Assembly: GCA_046331265.1 (NCBI GenBank)
Contig: JAXLRE010000005.1
Location: 58,264 to 122,263 of the forward strand
Direction: 5' to 3'
Length of the DNA: 64,000 nt
Source: Acidimicrobiia bacterium
Lineage (GTDB): Bacteria > Actinomycetota > Acidimicrobiia > IMCC26256 > JAGPDB01
A model generated the notes under the pieces. That model was not told the DNA's origin. It saw only the letters and a program-made list of their open reading frames with translations, and did not search any database. Of the stretch, positions 45,029-54,908 are shown one piece after another. Both the position numbers and the translations under genes were made by a program. Positions within the stretch are counted from its first letter, which is position 1. Each line of letters opens with the position of its first letter.

Positions 45029-45493
45029 GTGAGCGAATCATTACTTCAATTACTCAACTATTTTTTAATAGCTGGAATATACTTTTTTCTTTTTCTAGTT
45101 ACACGTGTAGCTGTAAGAGAACTTAAACCTCAGCCTGTTGTAATCGTCGGCGAATCTGGCGAATCACAAAAGAAAAAAGAAACAAGCTCTAAACAGAAAT
45201 CAGGACTATCGCTGCTTGGTTTGAGTCCTGAAAATATCGCTGGCGAACGCTTTGAGATAGATCAAGAATCTACAGTAGGCCGCGCACCAGGGTGCACAAT
45301 CGTATTAACACACGACACCTTCATTTCTCAAGTACATGTTCGGTTATCGAAACTTGGGAGAAACCTATTTATCGAAGACCTAAAATCCACAAATGGAACA
45401 GAAGTCAACGGTAAAAAAATTACTGAACTAACTAGATTAAAAAAAGGTGATCGAGTAACTATAGGCAGAAGCATCTTCGAGGTCATTAAATGA
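45029..45493 (+). CDS. fhaB: FHA domain membrane protein FhaB/FipA
   Basis: N-terminal TM helix. FHA 'VGRAPGCTIVLTHDTFISQVHVRL...STNGTEVNG'. Confidence 0.9.
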   Translation: MSESLLQLLNYFLIAGIYFFLFLVTRVAVRELKPQPVVIVGESGESQKKKETSSKQKSGLSLLGLSPENIAGERFEIDQESTVGRAPGCTIVLTHDTFISQVHVRLSKLGRNLFIEDLKSTNGTEVNGKKITELTRLKKGDRVTIGRSIFEVIK

Positions 45494-46725
45494 AAGTCGA
45501 TGTAGCTGCTTTTAGTGATACCGGTTTAGTAAGAGAAGGTAACGAAGATTCATTTCTTGTCGATAAAGATCTTTTTATTTTTGCTGTGGCTGATGGAATG
45601 GGTGGTCACGTAGCAGGAGAAATTGCATCAGCTACAGCTGTCGAAGCGTTGCGTGCTTCCACCGCGAATGGCATTGCAATTGAAGAAGCTATCCATATTG
45701 CCCATGATCAAATAAAACAAAAATCAAATTCAGAAGAAAAACTAAACGGAATGGGTACGACAATAACCGCACTTGGTTTTTCAAAAGAAAAAAAATTAGT
45801 TATTGCACATGTTGGAGATTCACGTGCATATGTTTTACATAAACAATTAAGCGATGATGCCACTAATAGCGAAAACGAACTAGTACGTCTCACTAAAGAT
45901 CACTCTTTGGTTGAGGAATTAGTTGACGCAGGACAAATCACTCAAGAAGAAGCTGATGTTCATCCCAGAAGAAGTGTTATAACAAGAGCTTTGGGTATAG
46001 ATGCCCAAATAGAAGTCGATGTTGAAGACATTGCTTTTCTAAAAGGTGACAGATTCCTACTTTGTTCTGATGGGCTAACTTCAATGGTTCGCGATGAAGA
46101 AATCCTTAGAGTACTGAAAGAAAATACTTCTCCAAGTGCAGCGGCAAAAGAACTTATTACACGAGCAAACAAAGCCGGCGGTAACGACAATATAACTGTA
46201 TTGATAATTGACGTATTAGATGCAGAAGTAAAAGCTCCAACCTTATCTAACGTCGCACAATCGATCCCTTCTACAGAAAAAGAAGAAATTCGATACAGCA
46301 AAAAAGGTCGTTTACCTTTTTTAATTAGGATTATTCTTGCTTCATCAGTAGTGGTCGCGCTATTTGTTGGCGCATATTACACGGCAAACCATTTTGCCCA
46401 TCAAGGATATTTTCTTGATCAAAAATCTGGTCAAGTCGTTTTGATGTCAGGGAAGTACGGTGGCGTTTTATGGTGGAATCCAAAACTTGATACACAAACT
46501 GGTATCGAAGTTAAAGATCTTTCTTCTTCAGATAAATTATTAGTTGAAAGACACTCGACGTTTTCTTCCAGAAAAGAAGCATTAGATCAATTAGAAAAAA
46601 TACGAAAACGTAAAGTTTCAAAAGAAAAAAGCACAAGCTCAACTACAACAACAATATCTATACCGCCAACTTCGACAACTCCTATAACAATTTCTAATGG
46701 AACAGCAGTTTCATCACAGAACTAG
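45490..46725 (+). CDS. pstP: PP2C-family Ser/Thr phosphatase
   Basis: 'VREGNEDSF', 'AVADGMGGHVAGE', 'LCSDGL', 'GGNDNITV'. One TM helix, then a Thr/Ser-rich tail. ATGA overlap with fhaB. Confidence 0.95.
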   Translation: MKVDVAAFSDTGLVREGNEDSFLVDKDLFIFAVADGMGGHVAGEIASATAVEALRASTANGIAIEEAIHIAHDQIKQKSNSEEKLNGMGTTITALGFSKEKKLVIAHVGDSRAYVLHKQLSDDATNSENELVRLTKDHSLVEELVDAGQITQEEADVHPRRSVITRALGIDAQIEVDVEDIAFLKGDRFLLCSDGLTSMVRDEEILRVLKENTSPSAAAKELITRANKAGGNDNITVLIIDVLDAEVKAPTLSNVAQSIPSTEKEEIRYSKKGRLPFLIRIILASSVVVALFVGAYYTANHFAHQGYFLDQKSGQVVLMSGKYGGVLWWNPKLDTQTGIEVKDLSSSDKLLVERHSTFSSRKEALDQLEKIRKRKVSKEKSTSSTTTTISIPPTSTTPITISNGTAVSSQN

Positions 46726-46733
46726 GTTAGACA

Positions 46734-48101
46734 ATGACGGAAACCTACAAGATTCTTCCAAAATCAAAAATTAGAATTCGCACGCCTGAGCTACTTTTAA
46801 GCTCACTCGCAGTTTTAATAACTATTGGTGGATATTCATTGACCGCACTGGTAGACAACAAATATCTACCGAAACAGCTGCCGAGCTTATTGATGGTCAT
46901 GATCATTTTGATCATTGTCGCACATATTGCTGTGTGGGTTTGGGCACCAAGATCAGACGCAACTCTCCTTCCATTAGCTGTGCTGCTAAACGGTATTGGG
47001 TTTGTTGTGATATCGCGTTTAAACAAAACAGAAGCACAAGCTCAAGCAATGTGGACAGCACTAGGAATTGGCGCTTTCATACTTACATTAGTTGTAATTC
47101 GCAAAACAACCTCACTACATAGATACAGATACACATTCGCATTTTTAGGTTTAGTGGCCGTAATACTCCCAGCAATTCCGGGCGTAGGTTCTGAAATCAA
47201 TGGAGCAAGACTTTGGATTCGTCTAGGTGCCTTTTCTTTTCAACCGGGAGAAGCTGCAAAAGTTTTCTTAACAATATTTATTGCATCATACCTAACTGAT
47301 ACACGCCAATTGCTTTCAAACTCTCGAAGGAAAATAGGCAAAATATTTTTCCCGGACATCAAATATTTTGGGCCACTTCTAGTTGCATGGGGAACATCAA
47401 TTCTCGTTATGGTTAGGCAGAAAGACCTTGGGTCTTCTCTATTATTTTTTGCAGTATTTGCTGTCATGCTTTACATTGCAACAAATAGATTTAGCTATGT
47501 AATCACTGGCTTGGTTTTCTTTTCTGGTGCGGCGACAATTGCATACCATTTATTTGGGCATGTAAGGGTACGTGTAGAAACTTGGCTGAACCCTTGGGCA
47601 TCTCCTCAGGACAAAGGTTTCCAATTACTTCAATCTCTTTTTTCATTCGGAACAGGTGGCATAAAAGGAACTGGGCTAGGTCTTGGAACACCCAATAAAA
47701 TTCCAAATGCATCAACCGACTTCATATTTAGCGCAATTGGTGAAGAATTAGGTTTACTCGGAACATTAAGTGTCGTAATAGCTTTGATACTTTTTGTTGC
47801 AAGCGGATATCGTATTGCAACAAGAGCTCAACGACCTTTCGCACAAATATTTGCAGCTGGTTTAACAACAATTATTGGAATACAAGCTTTCGTAATCATC
47901 GGAGGAGTAACTAGGGTTATACCGCTAACTGGTGTGACGCTTCCTTTTGTAAGTTATGGCGGAAGTTCATTAGTCGCAAACTATGTTATTGCGGCATTAC
48001 TTCTTAGAATTTCTGATGAAACAACAAAAGATAATTTAAAGACTGGAACGACTCTTGACACTTCAATGTCACCAAAAGAAAAAAGGTTGGCTGAAAAGTG
48101 A
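46734..48101 (+). CDS. rodA: FtsW/RodA/SpoVE family peptidoglycan glycosyltransferase
   Basis: SEDS motifs 'SFQPGEAAKV', 'KDLGSSLLF', 'STDFIFSAIGEELG', 'LPFVSYGGSS'. Confidence 0.95.
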   Translation: MTETYKILPKSKIRIRTPELLLSSLAVLITIGGYSLTALVDNKYLPKQLPSLLMVMIILIIVAHIAVWVWAPRSDATLLPLAVLLNGIGFVVISRLNKTEAQAQAMWTALGIGAFILTLVVIRKTTSLHRYRYTFAFLGLVAVILPAIPGVGSEINGARLWIRLGAFSFQPGEAAKVFLTIFIASYLTDTRQLLSNSRRKIGKIFFPDIKYFGPLLVAWGTSILVMVRQKDLGSSLLFFAVFAVMLYIATNRFSYVITGLVFFSGAATIAYHLFGHVRVRVETWLNPWASPQDKGFQLLQSLFSFGTGGIKGTGLGLGTPNKIPNASTDFIFSAIGEELGLLGTLSVVIALILFVASGYRIATRAQRPFAQIFAAGLTTIIGIQAFVIIGGVTRVIPLTGVTLPFVSYGGSSLVANYVIAALLLRISDETTKDNLKTGTTLDTSMSPKEKRLAEK

Positions 48102-49582
48102 GTGACTTAGTTGTACCTATTAGACGTGTTGCAAAATTTGTTTTTGTATTATTTTTTGTCTTAGTAGGGCAACTGACTTATCTGCAAATATACAAAGCAG
48201 ATAGTTTAAAAAATAATCCAAATAATGTTCGTACGATCATTAACGAGTTTGGTAAACCACGAGGTGACATTGTCACAATCGACAATCAAGTTGTTGCTTA
48301 TTCAAAACCAATTAATGACGAGCTTAAATATCAGCGCTACTACCCTAAAGGCGATCTGTACGGGCACATTACTGGTTTCCAATCATTTCTTGTAGGAAAT
48401 ACAGGAGTCGAAAGTTCTTACAATAAATACTTAACAGGCAAAAAAGGAGAAGAAGCTAATGTCCCTCGTGTCGTTTTGACTATACGAGATGACATCCAAG
48501 CCCTTTTAAAGGAAGAGCTCAAGGGAGTAAACGGAGCCATTGTCGTAATGGAGGCTTCAACTGGGGGAATTGTCGGCATGTATTCAAACCCATCTTACGA
48601 CCCAACGCCATACGCCGTTCACGATAGCTCTAGCGCGCAAAAAGCTTATACCGCACTTGTAAATGATAAAAACAAACCATCAGTTTCACGAGCTTTTTCA
48701 GAAAGATATCCGCCAGGATCTACATTCAAGATTGTGACTGCAGCTTCAGCAATTGATTTAGGCATTGCCGATGCTGAGCGAGAATTTCCTCAAGCTTTTT
48801 CATTTACTCCGCCACTCACTGACAAAGAAATAAAAAACTTTGGAGGAGGAGCATGTGGAGGAACTTTGCAAAGATCATTTAGACAAAGTTGTAATGTTAC
48901 TTTTTCAAAACTTGGAAATGAAATGGAAAACCGTTTTGTCGATGAAATGAAAAAATTTGGTTTTGGTGGAAAACTGGTTGGTGATTTAAATACAGGAACA
49001 AAACCACCTTTAGACATTCCAGGAGCTGTAGGTGGAACTGCACCTAACGAAAATTCTTATAAATCAGCTGCCCCTGATTTTGCTTTTGCTGGAATTGGTC
49101 AAGGCAAAGTTTCTGCTAGTCCTTTAAGCGTTGCATTATTTACCTCATCTATAGCCAACCAAGGAACAATCCCAACGCCACATGTAGTTGATCACGTTGA
49201 AGACGGTAAAGGTAACGTTCTGAAAAGGATCGGACTCGAACCTTGGAAACAAAATGTAATTTCACCAGATACGGCTTTAAGCGTTAAGGATTTTATGGTC
49301 GACGTTGTTCTCCGAGGTACTGGAACAAAAGCACAATTGAAAGATGTGAAAGTGGCTGGTAAAACAGGTACTGCACAAGCTAACTGTGCTGATGGAAGCA
49401 CTAATTGTCCTCCACATGCATGGTTTACTTCTTTCGCACCGGCAGATTCTCCTCAATATATTGTTACAGTTTTTATACAAGAAGCATCCGGAAAAGCACT
49501 TTCGACACAAGCTGCAACAGGTGGAGCACTCGCTGCACCAATTGCTAAGTCCGTGTACCAAAAATTGCTCGGAGTGCGTTAG
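48098..49582 (+). CDS. pbpA: Penicillin-binding protein A (class B transpeptidase)
   Basis: 'PPGSTFK' (SxxK), 'SCN' (SxN), 'KTGTA' (KTG). 4-nt overlap with rodA. Confidence 0.95.
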   Translation: MSDLVVPIRRVAKFVFVLFFVLVGQLTYLQIYKADSLKNNPNNVRTIINEFGKPRGDIVTIDNQVVAYSKPINDELKYQRYYPKGDLYGHITGFQSFLVGNTGVESSYNKYLTGKKGEEANVPRVVLTIRDDIQALLKEELKGVNGAIVVMEASTGGIVGMYSNPSYDPTPYAVHDSSSAQKAYTALVNDKNKPSVSRAFSERYPPGSTFKIVTAASAIDLGIADAEREFPQAFSFTPPLTDKEIKNFGGGACGGTLQRSFRQSCNVTFSKLGNEMENRFVDEMKKFGFGGKLVGDLNTGTKPPLDIPGAVGGTAPNENSYKSAAPDFAFAGIGQGKVSASPLSVALFTSSIANQGTIPTPHVVDHVEDGKGNVLKRIGLEPWKQNVISPDTALSVKDFMVDVVLRGTGTKAQLKDVKVAGKTGTAQANCADGSTNCPPHAWFTSFAPADSPQYIVTVFIQEASGKALSTQAATGGALAAPIAKSVYQKLLGVR

Positions 49583-49591
49583 AGTATCGCA

Positions 49592-51538
49592 ATGGCAGAG
49601 AACGTATCAAAGACCATTCTTCATGACAGATATGAACTTGAGTCACTAATTGCACGTGGTGGTATGGCTGAAGTTTATGTTGCTCATGATAATCAATTAA
49701 ATCGAAAAGTCGCCGTTAAGATTTTGTTTCCAGAATACGCCCGTGAAGAAAGCTTCGTTGAGCGCTTTCGCCGAGAAGCACAAGCTGCCGCGAATTTAAA
49801 CCATCCAAATATTGTCGCAATCCATGACTGGGGTCAATCAGAAGGAACTTATTTCATTGTTATGGAATATGTTAAAGGTTCTTCGTTACGTGACATTCTT
49901 AAAGAACAAGGCACTTTAGACTCTGACGAAATTGCAGAATATGCAACAGATGTCGCTTCTGCTCTCGCTTATGCTCACCAAAATGGTGTCGTACACCGAG
50001 ATATCAAACCAGGAAATATTTTGATAACAAATTCAGGACAAGTTAAAGTTACAGACTTTGGTATTGCGCGTGCAGGCACTTCTGAATCATTGACTCAGAC
50101 TGGTTCAGTAATGGGTACAGCAACATATTTTTCACCGGAACAAGCTCAGGGTTATAACGTTGATGGAAGAAGTGATATTTATTCACTTGGTATTGTCATG
50201 TATGAACTTGCAACTGGAGCTGCACCATTTACTGCAGATACACCAATCGCCGTTGCATTTAAACATGTAAGCGAAAAACTCGTACCCCCAAGCGTTCGAA
50301 ACCCTGATATTGCCAGCGATTTTGAAAAAATTATTTGTAAATGTCTAGAAAAAGATCCGGATAAAAGATATTCAAACGCTAATGATGTACATGATGACTG
50401 CATAAGATTTTTACGTAGACGCCCTGTTCTTGCCGGAAGTGGTTTTACACCAGAAGATCAAAATGCAACTGTCATGAATGCAGCAATTGTTAATGATGAA
50501 CCTATAACTCAAGCAGTGGGTGCTGTTGGAGCTACTGGTGTAGTTGATGCAGTTGGAGCTACAAAAACACTCGAAGGTTCGCCGACCCCTGCCGCTAATG
50601 CTTATGCATTTGAAGAGAGACAACGAAAAGGTCCAAAAGTTGCAGTTATTGCAGTCTTTTCTCTCTTACTTTTGACATTGATAGGTTTACTTTTGGCTTC
50701 TGCTTTATCTAACGATAAGCAGTCGGGTCCTAAAACTTTGCCAAATGTAGTCGGTAAGACCAAAGAAGAAGCTCGTAAACAATTAACAAATATGGGATTC
50801 GAAGTTAAAGTCGAATTAAAAGTTAACGAAAAAGTCGATGCTGGCAAAGTATATGCTCAGGACCCAGAAGCAGGAACAAAATTAAGAGAAGGTAATACTG
50901 TAACTATTAGTGTCAGTGCTGGAATTGGAGAATCTAAAGTCCCTGACGTTTCTGGCATGTCTATTAATGATGCGAGTTTGAAACTTGAAGAAGCAGGTTT
51001 CACTACTGTCCCTAAAGAAGAAGAAAGCGACACAGTAGAGAAAGACAAAGTAACAAGAACAAAACCAAAAGCAGGAACAAAATTAAAGCGCGGCTCCGAT
51101 GTTGAGGTCTACGTCTCGTTAGGTCCTTCGACTAAGGCAGTGTTAAATGTTGTTGGTTTAGATTCAACTACTGCTGCAGCGCAGCTAGGACAAGAAGACT
51201 TCCAAGTGGTGACTCAGCAAGAAGCTAGCGATAGCGTACCTGTCGGCAAGGTTATTCGCACAGATCCTGTTGCCAATACAATGGTCCCAAGAAATTCGAC
51301 CGTAACAATTTATGTATCATCAGGACCTGCAGAAGTTAGTGTTCCAGATGTTGTTGGAATGACAAAAACACAAGCTACAAATACATTACAAAATGCAGGC
51401 TTTGGCGTTATCATCACTTCTACCGCTTCATCTCTTTCTGACAAGGATAAAGTACTTCAGCAATCACCTAGCGCTGGAACTAAAGCATTAAAAGGTTCAA
51501 GTGTCACAATAAAAATTGGCGACGGATCTTTACCTTAA
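49592..51538 (+). CDS. pknB: Ser/Thr protein kinase PknB with four PASTA domains
   Basis: 'GGMAEVY', 'VAVKIL', 'HRDIKPGN', 'DFGIA'. One TM helix, then four repeats of the 'PNVVG/PDVSG...A...L...GF' PASTA pattern. Confidence 0.95.
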   Translation: MAENVSKTILHDRYELESLIARGGMAEVYVAHDNQLNRKVAVKILFPEYAREESFVERFRREAQAAANLNHPNIVAIHDWGQSEGTYFIVMEYVKGSSLRDILKEQGTLDSDEIAEYATDVASALAYAHQNGVVHRDIKPGNILITNSGQVKVTDFGIARAGTSESLTQTGSVMGTATYFSPEQAQGYNVDGRSDIYSLGIVMYELATGAAPFTADTPIAVAFKHVSEKLVPPSVRNPDIASDFEKIICKCLEKDPDKRYSNANDVHDDCIRFLRRRPVLAGSGFTPEDQNATVMNAAIVNDEPITQAVGAVGATGVVDAVGATKTLEGSPTPAANAYAFEERQRKGPKVAVIAVFSLLLLTLIGLLLASALSNDKQSGPKTLPNVVGKTKEEARKQLTNMGFEVKVELKVNEKVDAGKVYAQDPEAGTKLREGNTVTISVSAGIGESKVPDVSGMSINDASLKLEEAGFTTVPKEEESDTVEKDKVTRTKPKAGTKLKRGSDVEVYVSLGPSTKAVLNVVGLDSTTAAAQLGQEDFQVVTQQEASDSVPVGKVIRTDPVANTMVPRNSTVTIYVSSGPAEVSVPDVVGMTKTQATNTLQNAGFGVIITSTASSLSDKDKVLQQSPSAGTKALKGSSVTIKIGDGSLP

Positions 51539-51587
51539 TGCTGTTAAGTCCACAATGTACACACTATTAAGAAGCTAAAATACTTTT

Positions 51588-51863
51588 ATGCCAAAATCGC
51601 AATCACCTAGAACAAAGAAGAAAACAAGCAAGAAAAAGACTGGATCGAATCAGTCGCACGAAGTACTTACGCAAGATCCTAAATTCGACAAGCCCACTCC
51701 TCTATATGTTCCTGTTGCAGCAATAGCTTCTATCGTTGCTGGTTTAATAGTGATCGTTTTAAACTTTTTATCAGTACTTCCTCAAGCACCACAGCCTCAA
51801 TACAATATTGTGTCTCTAGCTTTGATGTCTTTTGGCTTCATAATTTCCACCCAAATTCGCTAG
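51588..51863 (+). CDS. crgA: Cell division protein CrgA
   Basis: 91 aa, basic N-terminus, two TM helices. Conserved position next to pknB. Confidence 0.8.
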   Translation: MPKSQSPRTKKKTSKKKTGSNQSHEVLTQDPKFDKPTPLYVPVAAIASIVAGLIVIVLNFLSVLPQAPQPQYNIVSLALMSFGFIISTQIR

Positions 51864-51875
51864 CTGGAACCTCCA

Positions 51876-51899
51876 GTAAATTACATTCATGTAATTTAC
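51876..51899 (+). terminator. Hairpin after crgA
   Basis: GTAAATTAC-ATTCAT-GTAATTTAC, a perfect 9-bp stem with no U-run. Confidence 0.35.
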
Positions 51900-51907
51900 C
51901 CACAAAG

Positions 51908-51999
51908 TTTTCCACTCTCTGTGGATAACTGATTCTTAACTCAAGAGATTCGTCTCCTATCCACTAGTAGTTGTGGATAAAACTGTGGGAAAGTCTGTG
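51908..51999. promoter_or_regulatory. DnaA-box cluster
   Basis: Perfect TGTGGATAA at 51920..51928 and 51972..51980. Near-matches TTTTCCACT (51908), CTATCCACT (51957), TGTGGGAAA and TGTGGTTAA (51984-51999). Two pairs are inverted. Confidence 0.6.
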
Positions 52000-52000
52000 G

Positions 52001-52252
52001 TTAATTTGAAGTTGTGAGAACCATATCTTCTCTACAGTGCCTTGGGGCATCAGGCACTTCACCAGTTGGGGCCATTGTCATATTAACTTCAGCCCCACAA
52101 ACAGTGCATCGATAATGAAAATCAACTGGCGCAATGTTTTCAGGATCGGGTTCAGCAGGAGGAGCAACCCAAAATTTTCTTAACGCTCCAGCCAAAGTTA
52201 CGTATACAACTAGACCAATCAAAATTGCAACGAAGATAAAAAAGATATTCAC
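52001..52252 (-). CDS. Small membrane-anchored zinc-ribbon protein
   Basis: N-terminal TM helix, then 'CTVCGAEV...PRHCRED', a CxxC...HC putative Zn ribbon. Confidence 0.55.
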   Translation of the reverse strand: MNIFFIFVAILIGLVVYVTLAGALRKFWVAPPAEPDPENIAPVDFHYRCTVCGAEVNMTMAPTGEVPDAPRHCREDMVLTTSN

Positions 52253-52316
52253 GAGTTCATTCTTTCAGATTCTACGCTATTAAAGAAATTTATGAATATA
52301 AGGTTAGACTAAGCAG

Positions 52317-53228
52317 GTGACGAGACGTAAAAACTTCGCTAAATCAAAATATAAAACTTCCGTGATGCCTGGCATTGTCTCGCCTACCCGTGTTGTTCCT
52401 TCAAATATTCCACTTCCTCCATATGTCCCTGGAAATATAACATTGCCAAAACCTCCTTTGGAGCTAGACGAAAAAATTAAAAGAATGCGCCAAGCAGGAA
52501 TTGCTGCGAGAGAAGTAATGCTCGAAGTTAAGAAATTCATTAAACCTGGCATCACCACTGATCAGATCGATGAACTTGTACATAATGAAACAATTAAAAG
52601 AGGAGCCTATCCTTCACCACTTTTATATGGAAAACCTCCTTTCCCTAAATCAGTTTGTACAAGCGTTAACGAAGTTATATGTCACGGTATACCCGACTCA
52701 CGAAAATTAGTAGACGGAGATATTTGTAATGTTGATATAACCGTTTACTTGAATGGTGTTCATGGCGACCATAATGAAACTTTTTTAGTTGGCAATGTTG
52801 ATGAAGAATCAAAAAGATTAGTTGATGTAACGAAGCAAGCTCTATGGCTTGGTATCTCTCAAGTTAAGCCTGGAGAAATTACTAGAGGTATCGGTCGTGT
52901 AATTGAAGAGTTTGCAAAAGAGAATGGTTATTCTTCAGTTCGTGATTACACAGGACACGGAATCGGCGAACAGTTTCACTGTGCTCCAACAATTTTACAT
53001 TATGACACATCGCAAAACGATGCGATCATGATGCCCGGAATGACTTTCACTATAGAGCCAATGCTTACAATTGGAGATTGGCGAAGCAAAATTTGGGACG
53101 ATTCATGGACTGTTGTTACTAAAGACAATTCTCGGTCAGCACAGTTCGAACATACATGTCTTGTTACAGAAACTGGCGTTGAAGTACTAACGCTTTTACC
53201 TGAGGAACCCCGACTATTCCCCAGCTAG
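52317..53228 (+). CDS. map: Type I methionine aminopeptidase with Pro-rich N-terminal extension
   Basis: 'CHGIPD', 'DICNVDITV', 'GHGIG', 'FTIEPM', 'AQFEHT'. N-terminal 'PLPPYVPGNITLPKPP'. Start is uncertain (GTG 52317). Confidence 0.9.
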   Translation: MTRRKNFAKSKYKTSVMPGIVSPTRVVPSNIPLPPYVPGNITLPKPPLELDEKIKRMRQAGIAAREVMLEVKKFIKPGITTDQIDELVHNETIKRGAYPSPLLYGKPPFPKSVCTSVNEVICHGIPDSRKLVDGDICNVDITVYLNGVHGDHNETFLVGNVDEESKRLVDVTKQALWLGISQVKPGEITRGIGRVIEEFAKENGYSSVRDYTGHGIGEQFHCAPTILHYDTSQNDAIMMPGMTFTIEPMLTIGDWRSKIWDDSWTVVTKDNSRSAQFEHTCLVTETGVEVLTLLPEEPRLFPS

Positions 53229-53256
53229 TCTGCACTTTTATGCTTAAACTAGTCGG

Positions 53257-54723
53257 GTGACTGATTCAACTTTGCAAAAAACGCCTACAACATTTTCGCA
53301 ATTAGCAAAAGCTACCCCTCCAGATCGCGAAAGAGTCGTTGATTTCTTAAGAGCGTTCTCTATTTGTTGCGTCGTTTTAGGTCATTGGCTGATTTGCTAC
53401 ATAGTTCAAGATAAAAACGGTAACATTTCAGGAACAAACGCGTTAACAGGTCTACGATTTGGATGGCTGTTAACTTGGTTCTTTCAAGTAATGCCTATTT
53501 TCTTTTTTGTTGGTGGCTATGCGAACTATGTAGGAATCAGAAGTTTTAAAAGAAAAGAATTGTCATACGCAGCGTATTTAACATCAAGGGTTCGAAGAAT
53601 GTTAAAACCGGTAGTTGCGTTACTAATGGTTTGGGTTCCTGTTAATTTTATTATTGACTGGCGAAATTACAGAACAGAAGACTTTGCAGCTTTGTTAAGC
53701 AAAATAGTCACACAACCACTTTGGTTTATTGGCACGTATATCTTAGTTACTGCTTTAGCATGGCCACTTTATAATCTACATTTAAAATGGGGCGCTAAAT
53801 TTCTAATTTTTTCAGCCGCCATTCCCTTCCTTGTCGACTGGTTAAGATTTGGCCAAGGCATTGTAGCTATTGGTTATCTAAATATTTTTGTTTGGATATG
53901 GATTCATCAATTGGGTTATGCATATGCCGATGGTACATTGCTGGCAAATGCAGGTGGATCTAAAAATCAGAAGACTGAACTATGGAAAAAGTTTGGTGGA
54001 TTATTTGTGACAACCATTGGCGCACTCGGCTTATTCTTCTGTTCAGGTATTAAAAAGTTTGGTGATGTTTCGTTCATACATAGCTTCGCAAAAACATTTA
54101 AATTAGATAATCTTCCTTATCCTCCATCGATGGTTGGTTTGCCTGGAGAAAAAATTTCAAATATGAACCCTCCTACTGTTGCTATATTTTTTCTTGCACT
54201 TACTCAGATTGGGTTGTTGATTGTATTTAGAGATCGTCTTCAAAAGTTTTTACAACGGGAAAAAATTTGGACATTTACCGTTGCAATTAATTCAATGATA
54301 TTAACTATGTTCTGTTGGCACCAAAGTGCATTGGTACTTGTAACACTGGTTAGATTCTCATTCCATATCAACGAACCACAAATTGGTTCAGGAAACTGGT
54401 GGGCAACAAGACCACTACTTCTTGGCTGCTATGCAGTAGTTCTTGCATGTATTGTTCCAATCTTTTGGAAATACGAGAGATGGCGCAATGATGACCTTAC
54501 TGGTATTTCTTCAAAAAGTGTTGCAATATGCACTGTGATTATCCTTGTCATTGGGCTTATGGGATTAGCCCTTGGTGGTATTGACAACATGTTTGGTAAA
54601 GGCGATGACCTTATGGGTCTTTTTCAAATTAATGCGTTTTTGTCAGTGACTTTAACAATTTGTGGAGCTGGAGCTTTTGGCGTACTGAGAAATATGAAAA
54701 AAGTGGCCCAAGGATCAATATAA
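53257..54723 (+). CDS. Acyltransferase-3 family membrane protein
   Basis: 'VDFLRAFSICCVVLGHW' start and about 10 TM helices. Confidence 0.7.
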   Translation: MTDSTLQKTPTTFSQLAKATPPDRERVVDFLRAFSICCVVLGHWLICYIVQDKNGNISGTNALTGLRFGWLLTWFFQVMPIFFFVGGYANYVGIRSFKRKELSYAAYLTSRVRRMLKPVVALLMVWVPVNFIIDWRNYRTEDFAALLSKIVTQPLWFIGTYILVTALAWPLYNLHLKWGAKFLIFSAAIPFLVDWLRFGQGIVAIGYLNIFVWIWIHQLGYAYADGTLLANAGGSKNQKTELWKKFGGLFVTTIGALGLFFCSGIKKFGDVSFIHSFAKTFKLDNLPYPPSMVGLPGEKISNMNPPTVAIFFLALTQIGLLIVFRDRLQKFLQREKIWTFTVAINSMILTMFCWHQSALVLVTLVRFSFHINEPQIGSGNWWATRPLLLGCYAVVLACIVPIFWKYERWRNDDLTGISSKSVAICTVIILVIGLMGLALGGIDNMFGKGDDLMGLFQINAFLSVTLTICGAGAFGVLRNMKKVAQGSI

Positions 54724-54908
54724 CTAGGTAATATAACTCAATTAAAGGTTTTATGAATAGCTAAACACCCTACTAGAAGCGCTATTTATGAATAACAATC
54801 TTTTTTGTAATCTATTAATTTGTTTCATTTAATGTTAAGTTAAAAATCTAAGTAAGCCCGTCAAACGCCCAGCATCAGACACCATTTGATTGACCATGGA
54901 AGGTTGTC

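Noticed and set aside
51864-52000. Calling the DnaA-box cluster the chromosomal origin (oriC)
   Set aside because: No dnaA, dnaN or rpmH is in the window, no clear AT-rich unwinding repeats lie adjacent, and the region is only ~137 bp. It is reported as a DnaA-box cluster only.
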